Source: Candidatus Rifleibacteriota bacterium
GTDB lineage: Bacteria; Muiribacteriota; Ozemobacteria; Ozemobacterales; Ozemobacteraceae
Length of the DNA: 64,000 nt
Assembly: GCA_051747585.1 (NCBI GenBank)
Contig: JBNJGH010000002.1
Coordinates: 13,291-77,290, forward strand
Reading direction: 5' to 3'
Positions within the stretch are counted from its first letter, which is position 1, and each line of letters starts with the position of its first letter. The notes below the pieces were generated by a model. The model saw only the letters and a list, made by a program, of their open reading frames with translations. It did not search any database and was not told where the DNA came from. Positions 7,758 through 17,263 of this stretch are shown piece by piece. Both the position numbers and the translations under genes were made by a program.

Positions 7758-10037
7758 TTAATCTTCAGAAATAATTTCAATATCTCTTGGTCCCATGGCC
7801 AAACCGTAAAAATCTTGTAATGACATATCGTTATCTCCAGCAAGCTCTTCCGGGTAGAAACCCCACTCGAGAATACATCCGTTTTTTACCAGATCTCCGA
7901 TATTATCGCAGGCAACACCGCCGATTATATGTAAAGGATTTGGAACGTCGAGGCGTCCAGAGCCGTTATTCATGGAAACGAAGAAGCCATGGATCTCAGG
8001 TAAGGGACCGGCAAGGGTTTTACCTGCATTAAGATTTATACCCCTTCGAGAAATAAAAGTTAAATAACCAAAGGCATCGGGATTCCCACTGGAAGCTGCT
8101 CCATCAACAAGGTAGGGGTTAATTACCGGTTGATTTATTTCTATTTTTCCATCACAGATAATTATGCCCCCTTTTGCAACTTCGAGAGGCATATCTATCA
8201 CCAGATCACCTTCAAACCCAATAATACAATTCAAATAAAGCTGTTTTTTTCCACGATCATCTATAATAAATTTATTGTTAAAAAATTCGCATTTACTTAA
8301 AAAGGTTGGTTCGCCCGGGTTTCCTTCAACCAGGTAAGCCATTTTATCTTTAAGATAATTTGTCCCCGGAGATATCTGTCTAATATTGCCCGTATAATAA
8401 ATTTCCTGGTTGTCATTAAAATCATAGTCAGAATCACAGAGATTATCAGGACTGTCCCTGACATACTCATTGTCTGGCACTACTTCATTCCAGTCTCTGT
8501 CAGGCCCTCCCGGATCGCAGATGTTTTTGAGCCCGGCAAGATAAGGTTCGTAATCAATAATTTTGGGATCTAAACCGGGCAATGGCGGGCTGTTTCCCGG
8601 TAGTCCAACCTGATATTTTGCAACATCCATTTCGGTCGACATCAAGCTATAGAAATCCTGAACAAAATTTTCATCTACGCTCGCGCCCATGGCACCCCTG
8701 TACCAGTCTGGCACTTCATTAACAACAAAATCAGTATAAGACAGGCTTTGAGTAAAAGCCCTGAGTGGATACACCCTCGAACATTCGGGAAAATAAAAAG
8801 AATAAGTTCTTACATAACGTCTTTTTATTTTTCCAAAAATCAAAGTTGGCGTACAAAGAGCTGGCGTTCCAAAAAGATGCATGGAGCTTCCACGATCTAT
8901 TTCTTCATTAACTCTGGTTTTATAAATATTAACCGCAGTGCCGAAAAGTGATTTACTGCGAAATTGAATATCCCATAAACCTCTGTAATATCCATAATCA
9001 ACCATTGCAATCATTACTTTACTTGCTTCTTCACTGATTTTATTACCAGGAATTTTATCGTTAAACCATTCGGTCCAATCTTTAGAAACAAGCCAGCCCG
9101 CAGAATTAGGGTTAAAATAAAAATGGAAATACTCACCAAACTTTGTTTTCAGCTGGTCATCGGCACTACCAGTATTTACATTTAAAACCAGGTTGCCCGA
9201 ATCACCTGAGGTATCGGTAGTTGTTCCTCTGCCCCCGAGGTATATCCAGCCACTTTTGATAAAGGAAGGTTCAGCGTCAATTGTTTTAACTATGTTATCG
9301 GCTCGATTAAAGCGGAAATCAAACCCCTCAAGATTGGCTTTTTTCTCAGGAATTCTTCGATTAAGACAAACAAAAGGCCGATTTCTTAAAAGTTGACCAT
9401 TATCGTCTACCAGGGTACGGTTTGCGAGGTTTTTATCAATAGTCGCACCACGGTGGGAAAATAAAGTAAAACGATAAAATGGTGGTGCCAGAAGATGGGT
9501 AAGAAAAAATTCTTTGCGCAATCGACTTATTTTAGTCATTCCATCACAATAAGCCGTGACTTTTACTTCAATATTACCTCTTCTTTCGAAGGGACTTTTT
9601 TTCAAACCGGGAATTGGCGTATCGAAGGGATATTTGTCGCCCAAATCGACAACATAGGTGACAGTCAGCTCCAGATCTCTTCCTTTATCATCGAGTAATT
9701 TTACCAGAGCCTTTACCACATCCAGACCGTTAACAACACTTGAATAATCCTCTTCAGACATCTTTCCCGTTTCACCATTAAAAGCTGCATCAATAATTTT
9801 CTGGCAAAAATCAGGATCTCTTGTTTCAAAATCTTTCTGCAGCTTTCTAACTGTTATTCGTCCAACTGCTGAAGCGATCTGGTAAAGCTTTTCACTATTG
9901 GAAACGCGGTTGGTAAGAGAACTTTCGTGCCTGACCCTGTCAATTAAAGAGAGAAAGATAATCATTGAAAAAACAAGGGCACCAACAACCAGTACCATCA
10001 GCATACCCTTATTATTCTTATGAAATTTACCGATCAT
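7758..10037 (-). CDS. Large PilX/GspK-like pilus-associated protein (hypothetical)
   Basis: N-terminus NNKG/MLMVLVVGALVFSMIIFLSL is pilin-like without E5; C-terminal beta-helix-like segments; context with two prepilins. Confidence 0.5.
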   Translation of the reverse strand: MIGKFHKNNKGMLMVLVVGALVFSMIIFLSLIDRVRHESSLTNRVSNSEKLYQIASAVGRITVRKLQKDFETRDPDFCQKIIDAAFNGETGKMSEEDYSSVVNGLDVVKALVKLLDDKGRDLELTVTYVVDLGDKYPFDTPIPGLKKSPFERRGNIEVKVTAYCDGMTKISRLRKEFFLTHLLAPPFYRFTLFSHRGATIDKNLANRTLVDDNGQLLRNRPFVCLNRRIPEKKANLEGFDFRFNRADNIVKTIDAEPSFIKSGWIYLGGRGTTTDTSGDSGNLVLNVNTGSADDQLKTKFGEYFHFYFNPNSAGWLVSKDWTEWFNDKIPGNKISEEASKVMIAMVDYGYYRGLWDIQFRSKSLFGTAVNIYKTRVNEEIDRGSSMHLFGTPALCTPTLIFGKIKRRYVRTYSFYFPECSRVYPLRAFTQSLSYTDFVVNEVPDWYRGAMGASVDENFVQDFYSLMSTEMDVAKYQVGLPGNSPPLPGLDPKIIDYEPYLAGLKNICDPGGPDRDWNEVVPDNEYVRDSPDNLCDSDYDFNDNQEIYYTGNIRQISPGTNYLKDKMAYLVEGNPGEPTFLSKCEFFNNKFIIDDRGKKQLYLNCIIGFEGDLVIDMPLEVAKGGIIICDGKIEINQPVINPYLVDGAASSGNPDAFGYLTFISRRGINLNAGKTLAGPLPEIHGFFVSMNNGSGRLDVPNPLHIIGGVACDNIGDLVKNGCILEWGFYPEELAGDNDMSLQDFYGLAMGPRDIEIISED

Positions 10038-10866
10038 TTTTTTTCCTGATTTTATTTAGAATTGCCAGAGCTCTTTTATCATCAGGTGTCATATCTAAAA
10101 TTCTGCTGATAAAAGATTCGGATAATTTTGCTAAGCCAGAGTCAAAGGCGCTTATAGCAGCATACAGCAAGACTTCACGATTAAAAGGAAAGAATTCAAG
10201 AGCTTTTTTAAAGCTTTCAAGAGCCTGCTTACTCTTTTTCATTTCAAGAAGAAGGGTTCCTTTAATCACCAGAGCGGTTGAGCAATCTCTACTCGCGGGA
10301 AATTTTTCGATAAGTCGCTCGAGAACCTCGAGAGCTTTGTCTTTTTTTTGCAGCTGCACCAGGCACTGGGCTTTTTCGAGCATTGCATTGGTATCAGTCG
10401 GATTGATCTGCAGCGTTTTTTCATAGAGGTTATATGCCTTTTGATAATTGCCTTTCAGTCTAAAAATGTCGGCCAGATCGTTATGGGCATTGCTATCCAT
10501 GTTATTTAGCCTGATTGCCTGAGTATAAAAGGTTATTGCCTTATCGAACTCTTCTGCATCAAAAAAAGCATCGCCAAGCCAGTTTGCCAGCATTGCACAT
10601 TCAGGACTTAAATTAAAAGCTTTGTTTAAGTGGGAAATTGTTTTTTCCAGGTTTTTTCTTCGAGCCATGGTAATTCCCATTCCAGCATGGGCCTCGGGTG
10701 AGTTACAGTCAAGTTCTAAGGCTTTCTGATAATGTTGTTCAGCCTTATCAAGCCTTCCTTCTTCGAAGGCGGCAATACCCAGGGCAATATATGCACTTAA
10801 AACATTTTTGCCCTTTTTTAAACTTTCTCTGGCCTTTTTTTTAATATCTTTTGATTGAACTGACAT
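10027..10866 (-). CDS. Tetratricopeptide repeat protein
   Basis: Repeated TPR patterns (AYIALG...YQKALELD, AHNDLADIF...YEKTLQINP). Confidence 0.9.
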   Translation of the reverse strand: MSVQSKDIKKKARESLKKGKNVLSAYIALGIAAFEEGRLDKAEQHYQKALELDCNSPEAHAGMGITMARRKNLEKTISHLNKAFNLSPECAMLANWLGDAFFDAEEFDKAITFYTQAIRLNNMDSNAHNDLADIFRLKGNYQKAYNLYEKTLQINPTDTNAMLEKAQCLVQLQKKDKALEVLERLIEKFPASRDCSTALVIKGTLLLEMKKSKQALESFKKALEFFPFNREVLLYAAISAFDSGLAKLSESFISRILDMTPDDKRALAILNKIRKKNDR

Positions 10867-10920
10867 TTTTACTAGTATAACAATTAATAAACCATGAAAC
10901 AGCAGATATTTTACGTTTCT

Positions 10921-11898
10921 TCAGCTATAAAGTTTTTTGTTTCTTACAAATGAATATATTTTTGCCAATAGCGGAAGCTTACGTAAAGCTAAACCAAGTT
11001 TAAATCTAAGCATATCACTTTTTTTTACCGGAAACCTGTGAATTTTCATTAAATTCATACCTGGTAAATTTGCGCCCGCATCTGTGCGCAATGCCGCCTT
11101 ATAGCCAACCTTTCTGGCTATATTTTCAAGTCTTTCGTCAGCCTTGCCCCATGGCCAACAGATTACCGGATAATTTTCAGGAAATAAATTCTTAATAATT
11201 TTCAACGAGGTAATAAGATCAATTTTTATTCTATTTTGAAATTCTTCCTGGCTTTCCTGTTCAAAAATTATTTTTTGATTCTCGATGCGCGGAAATACAG
11301 CACGGCTCACAAGCTCGGCGTTTCTTTTAAAGACAGGCCATTTGCCTTTGGAAATATTTTTCTGCCAGGCTGAAATTATTCCCCAATGATTATCAGAATC
11401 AGGATAAGTGCCGGTAGTTTCCCTGGAAGTAAAAACCTGATTATGAGAATGAGAATGGGAAAAAATCTGCCAGACACCAGAATTCTGCATAAGTTTTAGT
11501 TCTTTTTTTGAAAGAAAATGACTCAAATCGCCATTTCTGGCAGCAGTATGGGCCTGATTAAAACCGACCATTTTTTTGGCACCCTTTTGCGTATCAGGTC
11601 TTATTAAAGAAGTTGCAATAAAAAGAGATGCTTTGCATTTATATTTCTCAAGCAAAGGCTGGGCAAATAAATAATTGTCTATGAACCCATCATCGAATGT
11701 AATACAGACTGAAGGTCTTGTTAAGGTGTTTTGTCCGGCAAGGTAATCAATCAAATCATGCATGCTTAAAGTTTGATAGCCGGCTCTTTGAATATAACCA
11801 AGCTGTTTTTCGAACAACTCCGTTGCCACACTTAAATGTGCAGGGTCAGGCGCACCAACACGATGATAGTACAATACCGGAATTGAATAGTTAATCAT
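10921..11898 (-). CDS. Polysaccharide deacetylase family protein
   Basis: PVLYYHRV, ITFDDGF, SHSHSH, WPWG. Confidence 0.9.
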   Translation of the reverse strand: MINYSIPVLYYHRVGAPDPAHLSVATELFEKQLGYIQRAGYQTLSMHDLIDYLAGQNTLTRPSVCITFDDGFIDNYLFAQPLLEKYKCKASLFIATSLIRPDTQKGAKKMVGFNQAHTAARNGDLSHFLSKKELKLMQNSGVWQIFSHSHSHNQVFTSRETTGTYPDSDNHWGIISAWQKNISKGKWPVFKRNAELVSRAVFPRIENQKIIFEQESQEEFQNRIKIDLITSLKIIKNLFPENYPVICWPWGKADERLENIARKVGYKAALRTDAGANLPGMNLMKIHRFPVKKSDMLRFKLGLALRKLPLLAKIYSFVRNKKLYS

Positions 11899-12974
11899 AA
11901 TAATTCTTTATAAGCCCACAGGGTTTTCTTTACCATTGCTTCAACTGAGAAATGGATCAGGGTAAGTTCGCGCAATTTATGTCTTTCATTTGAAGCTGGA
12001 TAATTATTTTTCATTTTCATTATGGCATTGGCAAAGGAAGCTTCATTACCAGCTTCAAAAAGAAGCAATGGTATCATCGAATTAAGTTCAACATTTGCAG
12101 GAATATTGGAAGCTATTACCGGAACCTCAAGAGCAAGAGACTCACGAATTGTACCCGAGAAACCTTCCTGATAAGATGCATTAACGGTAAAAGCACTTTT
12201 TTGCATAAGAGCGGGAACATCATTTCTAAAACCAAGAAGATGAATCCTACCTGGTTCTGGAGCTAAATTGGCTAGCTGCTGCAATTTTTGTGAATCAGTT
12301 TCTTTGCCGACAACTACAAGATGAAGTTCTGGCCATTGGCGAGCTATTTTATTGAATGATCTGATAAGTAGCTCATGCCCTTTGTTGGAATTAAAATTAC
12401 CAACGAGTAAAGCTGCCGGACACCTCTGGGGAACAGGCCATTCTCCGGTAAGTTCATGTTTCAGGTCAGGTGAAAACCTTCGGGTATCTGTAGCAGAATG
12501 TACCACTTGAATTTTGCTTTCTTTTACTCCGATTTCAGTCAATCTTCTTTTTACCGCACGGCTTACCGCTATAAAACCTTTTAAAACAGGAGTTCGATAT
12601 TTAACCGGGCTAACAGGATTAAAGTCAGGTTTAAAAAGCACCCTTCTAGTTACAATCAAGCCACGAAACCTGAAAAGAAGAGAAACAAACAACCATTGAG
12701 TGTGGGCCCAGGCCCGATGAACATTTACCACATCGGGTTTAAAACAGCGGTATGCTCTTGTTAACTCAATCATTGAAGGAAGGTAAATTTCGCGACGATA
12801 ATCGACGGGCCAGACATCAAGCTGCTTTTCTCTGGCCTTATTTTCTAACTCGCTTCCTTTTTGGCACATAAGCAAAACTTCATGACCCAGCTTTCTTTGC
12901 TCGAGGGCGAGAAAAAAAGCCTGTTGCTGACCGCCACTCCAGGTTTTTCCTTCTAGAGAGTGAATAATTTTCAT
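11895..12974 (-). CDS. Glycosyltransferase family 4
   Basis: WSGGQQQ, KGHELLI, LGFRNDVP, EGFSGTIRES (EX7E). Start placed at MKIIHS (12974) rather than 13073. Confidence 0.9.
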   Translation of the reverse strand: MKIIHSLEGKTWSGGQQQAFFLALEQRKLGHEVLLMCQKGSELENKAREKQLDVWPVDYRREIYLPSMIELTRAYRCFKPDVVNVHRAWAHTQWLFVSLLFRFRGLIVTRRVLFKPDFNPVSPVKYRTPVLKGFIAVSRAVKRRLTEIGVKESKIQVVHSATDTRRFSPDLKHELTGEWPVPQRCPAALLVGNFNSNKGHELLIRSFNKIARQWPELHLVVVGKETDSQKLQQLANLAPEPGRIHLLGFRNDVPALMQKSAFTVNASYQEGFSGTIRESLALEVPVIASNIPANVELNSMIPLLLFEAGNEASFANAIMKMKNNYPASNERHKLRELTLIHFSVEAMVKKTLWAYKELL

Positions 12975-13179
12975 TTTTCCAAATCCTGTCTGGTTTGTAA
13001 GCTTAATATAATATAATGAATTTTCCCAAATTACCGCAAAATTGAGGATATTTTTTTTCAATGTTAATTGCAAAAGTAAAAAAATCTGGAATAACTCTGT
13101 TTATTAATTGATGGTGAAAGCGATATAAACCGTGTCATGCCATCGTAGGCAGGCATCCAGGGTCAAAGCACCATTTTTC

Positions 13180-13337
13180 GTCATTCCGGCCGAATGAAAT
13201 GAGAGCCGGAATCCAGGGTCAGGGTAATAGGTTTTTCAGGCTTTCAAACTCAAACCAGGCATCCAGCTTATATTTGTTTAAAAAAAACGACAATTATTCT
13301 GGATTCCTGATCCGGTTATAACCGGTCAGGAATGACG
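13180..13337. repeat. REP-like inverted repeat pair (GTCATTCC...GGAATCCAG / CTGGATTCC...GGAATGAC)
   Basis: Two hairpin units that are mutually inverted; a related half-unit lies at 37547-37585. Confidence 0.7.
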
Positions 13338-13348
13338 GATAGAAATTT

Positions 13349-13539
13349 GAGATTGCTTCGGCTCCGCTCAGCACAAGTGCTTCGTCGTTTCACTCCTCGC
13401 AATGACAATTTGGGGCTGTCATTGCGAGCAACACGCGGCGCAAGCGCCTGCGCTGCGTGAGCGTTTATGCTGAACGGAGTCGAAGTAAAGCAATCTAAAT
13501 GTCTTGAAACGGTTTCTACAAAAAAATGGATAATTACTG
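13349..13539. mobile_element. MITE-like family 1 copy C, inverted, with nested extra palindromes
   Basis: AAGCAATCTAAATGTCTTGAAACGGTTTCTACAAAAAAATGGATAATTACTG is a near-exact reverse complement of the left end of copies A and B; same GTCATTGCGAG core. Confidence 0.75.
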
Positions 13540-13608
13540 GATGTTTGTAAGGTAGATTGACCGGGTTAATTGCAAGTGATAGTATTCCATAAAATTCAGG
13601 AGATATAG

Positions 13609-14310
13609 ATGAAATTTAAATTATTTTTTAAGAATTTTGCTTTTTTAACTGCTTTGGTAACTGCACTCATAATTTCCGGGTGCGGCGGTGGCGGCTCTTC
13701 CTCGGATGATTCTGATCTTTTTACCGCTCAACTTGCTGCCGGTAAGGTTTCTATTCAGAACGGCGGAACCAGAGACACCCTTTATGCCTGCATTAAAGGA
13801 AGCGGTGCCGGTGGCGGTCATATTGAAGATCAGGCCGGTAATGAATTACCAGGTTCTGACCTGGTGCTCAACAGCATCAACGGGAATTATGAAGTTCTTC
13901 TTGATCGTAGTTCAGGCAGCTTTCGGGCAGGAACTTATGTATTGAAATATTTTCTTAACGGCGAAGTTTACGAGCTTAAAAAAGAACAACTTGAGTGGAC
14001 AACTGTTCCTGAATTTATTCCTGCCCCCAACCCTCCGGTTTACAATTCCAGCACCAGAACGTTGACCGTTAGTTACCAGCCTGTAAACGGTAGCAGAGTC
14101 GAATATTATCTTTCAATTTATTCTGCAGTTACGGGTAGCCTTTATCGAGAAACATCGACAACTCCAGGTACGGAAATCAGCGAATACCTGTCGAGACCGG
14201 GAGATTACCAAATTAGATTAAATGCCGATGTTTACCAGAACGATGTTTTAACTTATACAGTCAAGCACTTGTTTACAGATGTTATCAAGGCCGGAGTGAA
14301 GGCTCCATAG
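13609..14310 (+). CDS. Hypothetical lipoprotein
   Basis: Lipobox IISG-C followed by a Gly/Ser linker; AGGAG RBS; TTGACC-17-TAGTAT upstream. Confidence 0.75.
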   Translation: MKFKLFFKNFAFLTALVTALIISGCGGGGSSSDDSDLFTAQLAAGKVSIQNGGTRDTLYACIKGSGAGGGHIEDQAGNELPGSDLVLNSINGNYEVLLDRSSGSFRAGTYVLKYFLNGEVYELKKEQLEWTTVPEFIPAPNPPVYNSSTRTLTVSYQPVNGSRVEYYLSIYSAVTGSLYRETSTTPGTEISEYLSRPGDYQIRLNADVYQNDVLTYTVKHLFTDVIKAGVKAP

Positions 14311-14893
14311 AAGGTTTAACCCAATACCAGCTATATCTGAGTTCGTTGGTCTGTTGGTAAAATTTTGAAAACATTCCGCCCCCTGCTGCAACTTCTTTTC
14401 CTTTAGCAATTACAACTTTACTATTGTGCTCTTTGTTGAATAAGAAAACTTCGCCCTTAACCACGGAAATTCTGGTTAAAATAGGATTAGTTTTTATTAC
14501 CACTATACCTTTTTGCATCTCCAGGTAAGCATGAGGGATTGTTATTTTTAAATTACCTGAATCGTTTTTTATTCCTACGATTCCTTTTCTAATTTCAACC
14601 TGTTCTTTTTCTTTAAAAACCAGCAAAGAGCTTTCTTTTAAACGTATTTCTTTTTCCTGATCAGAAACAAAACAATGCCCGTCAAATATTGTGAGCAAGG
14701 TAAGCCCCTTTTTAAGCTGAATTTTACCAGGCTTAATCTCAAAAGGCGAAGTCTGTTGATATTTCCAGAAAGCATTACCTTTAACGAAATCTACATTAAG
14801 GTAAGAATAATCAGACCTGGCCTGAGCCATACAAGAGATTAAGCACAGAAGAAGGAATATAACTGACTGTTTAATGCTGACTTTTAGCAACAC
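14285..14893 (-). CDS. Secreted FecR-domain-like protein
   Basis: Signal peptide; IRLKESSLL, TRISVVKGEV FecR-like strands. Confidence 0.6.
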   Translation of the reverse strand: MLLKVSIKQSVIFLLLCLISCMAQARSDYSYLNVDFVKGNAFWKYQQTSPFEIKPGKIQLKKGLTLLTIFDGHCFVSDQEKEIRLKESSLLVFKEKEQVEIRKGIVGIKNDSGNLKITIPHAYLEMQKGIVVIKTNPILTRISVVKGEVFLFNKEHNSKVVIAKGKEVAAGGGMFSKFYQQTNELRYSWYWVKPSMEPSLRP

Positions 14894-17212
14894 TCACTCC
14901 GGAGAGAAAATATGAATCTGAGCACTTTCTGCGTCAGACACAGCTATAAGGCCGTCCTTTCGCACAGAAACGCCGGTAGGAACCCATGGTTGGGGGCCCG
15001 GGGGCGAGCCAAGGCGAGTAAGCGTTTTACCATCGGGACTGAGGCGAACAACCTGATAACTAGCAGAGTCGCAAACCCAGATTGAATCCCATGGGTCAAC
15101 ATCAAAACCTCTTACCTCAGAGCATCCTGTATGGAATCCGACTGTTTGCTGCCCCATTGGAGTAAATTTCTTTAAGATACCTGACTTTTCAAGAATTACC
15201 AACCCCTCCGAATCAACTCTAACAGATACAGGGGATTTTACTAATTTTGATTTTGGACCACCAAAGCCTCCAAGATAATTGCCATCAATATCGAAACAAT
15301 TGATACGTGATAAGCCACGGTCGGCAACCCACAATTCATTTGCTCTGAAACACATACCTACCGGCAAATTAATTAAAGTTTGATTGCCGCCGGTGTTTGA
15401 AATTTTTTCAAGAAACGAACCATCATGGGAAAACTTCATAAGGCTATGATTAAGCTTGTCGGCAACAAAAAGTCTGTTAGTGTTTGCGGTAATTGCTACG
15501 GGCAAAGAAAAGCGACCGTCAGTTTTCCCTTTTTCACCGAAAGATAGACGTAATCGCCCCTCTTCGGTAAAATTCAAAATTTTACGTCTCTGGCTGTCCA
15601 CGACCCATAGAGTTCCATCTTCGGACCAGAAAACATCTTCAGGCCAGGCTCTTCTTAATTCAGCAGGATTTTCTGCAACGGAAAAACTTTGAACAAGTTT
15701 AAATACGCAGTCTTCGGGTAAACTTGCCAGCATGGAAATCTTATTTTCAGAAATTTCATTTTTTTCAGAGGAAAGCTGCACTGTATTTGTTGCTTCATCA
15801 TCTGATCCTGTTTCAGCTCCAATTTTACTGCGAAAAACCTCTGCCCTGTTCTTTTCTCCTTCTACCAGAGTCTCAACCTTGATATAGGATGGCTGTGAAG
15901 TCAGGCCAGAATTATCGTGAACAATAAGATTTAATTCATAAGGCCCTGCACTGTATGAAATATTATTAACAACTCCGTAAGGGGCTACTTTTCCAAGATC
16001 GAGAGTCAAAAAAGTTTCCTGGTCAGAAAAAATTTGTACCCGTGTATTTTCAAGCTTTATAACCTGCCCATCCGGGTTAGGCAAAAGCTGCTCAAGTTGC
16101 TTCCAATATAATCTAATTTTTGTCTTACCTTCTTCTGAAACCGATTCACAAGCAAGATTCGGAAAAGCGGCGAATCTGTTCACAGATGGTTGTGTCAGTT
16201 GGCAATTAACAGTATAAACTGCCCCGGGTATAAGCTTGGCCGGCAGAAAGCAAACAATATTGTCGCTTTCAGCAAAGAAATTACCTTTAACATTTCGTTT
16301 AGAAGAATCAACGAGAGTTAAATAAATCTGAGTATTGTTTTTCACAAGTTCGAGACTATCTGTTGCAGCATTATCTACCCGGAATTTAATGCCATTAAAT
16401 GGATTCAAATAGTAGCCCTCTAAGGGAGCCATAATTTTCACGGGTTTTTCTGACTTTTCGTCTGTATTTGTTGTCAGATCTTTATCAGCAGAAACCTTTG
16501 CCACAGAATTAGAGGATTCAGTAAAGAATTTATTTTGATCTACAGCGGCACCATTTTTTTTGCTTGCTTCTTCTTTCGAAGCAATTTCTTCTTCTTCTTC
16601 TTCTTCTTCTTCTTCTTCTTTCGCTTTTCTAATATCCTCTACAGTTTGTATCTGCCCTATTTCAACATCATCAATCGAGAAAGCCGAAGTATCTTTTACA
16701 ACTCTGTCAGATTCTATTTTCTTAGACACAGGCTCTGCATCTAAATTTGTCTCTGCCGAAGTATCTGGACTGGACTTAATTTCGGAATCAGTTGGGGCAT
16801 TTTCAGGTTTTGCACTGTTCTTATCCTGTCGAGCGATTTCTTCGTCTGTCGCTTCACTAACTTTAAGAATAAAACGTATTTCGCCCCCTGCATTTTGCCA
16901 GGGCTGAATTTTAATCTGGTAAATACCGGTATTTTCAACTTCGAAAAGGTTAATGCTGGCAGAAGAAGTAGCTATTACCTCCGGGTCAGAAGTCAATTTT
17001 ATTTCTGAAATTCTTACCTTTTGAGTAGTTCCCCCGCCCTGCTGCTCTAATTTAAATTTTACAGTTTTATTTTCTTTAAGAAGTATATAATTTGTTATTT
17101 CGGTATTTCTTTCGCGGTCAGCAGGGAAAGCACCTCTGTATTGAAAGAGGTTTTCTCCGTAAAGACAGCTTGATAATAGTGCCATAAGCAACAATAAGCA
17201 AAGTTTTTTCAT
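14894..17212 (-). CDS. Secreted protein with C-terminal NHL-repeat beta-propeller
   Basis: Signal peptide; repeats LWVVDSQRRKI, LFVADKLNHSL, LWVADRGLSRI, IAVSDAESAQI; acidic linker with poly-Glu. Confidence 0.82.
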   Translation of the reverse strand: MKKLCLLLLMALLSSCLYGENLFQYRGAFPADRERNTEITNYILLKENKTVKFKLEQQGGGTTQKVRISEIKLTSDPEVIATSSASINLFEVENTGIYQIKIQPWQNAGGEIRFILKVSEATDEEIARQDKNSAKPENAPTDSEIKSSPDTSAETNLDAEPVSKKIESDRVVKDTSAFSIDDVEIGQIQTVEDIRKAKEEEEEEEEEEEIASKEEASKKNGAAVDQNKFFTESSNSVAKVSADKDLTTNTDEKSEKPVKIMAPLEGYYLNPFNGIKFRVDNAATDSLELVKNNTQIYLTLVDSSKRNVKGNFFAESDNIVCFLPAKLIPGAVYTVNCQLTQPSVNRFAAFPNLACESVSEEGKTKIRLYWKQLEQLLPNPDGQVIKLENTRVQIFSDQETFLTLDLGKVAPYGVVNNISYSAGPYELNLIVHDNSGLTSQPSYIKVETLVEGEKNRAEVFRSKIGAETGSDDEATNTVQLSSEKNEISENKISMLASLPEDCVFKLVQSFSVAENPAELRRAWPEDVFWSEDGTLWVVDSQRRKILNFTEEGRLRLSFGEKGKTDGRFSLPVAITANTNRLFVADKLNHSLMKFSHDGSFLEKISNTGGNQTLINLPVGMCFRANELWVADRGLSRINCFDIDGNYLGGFGGPKSKLVKSPVSVRVDSEGLVILEKSGILKKFTPMGQQTVGFHTGCSEVRGFDVDPWDSIWVCDSASYQVVRLSPDGKTLTRLGSPPGPQPWVPTGVSVRKDGLIAVSDAESAQIHIFSPE
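16586..16618. repeat. (GAA)11 microsatellite encoding poly-Glu
   Basis: Pure (ttc)11 on the plus strand. Confidence 0.9.
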
Positions 17213-17263
17213 TTTGCACTAAGCCTTTCTGAATTTAAAGCTCTGTCTTAAAAGCAAAAAAGG

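Noticed and set aside
14285..14310. 26-bp overlap of convergent gene ends
   Set aside because: Common in compact genomes; no further signal.
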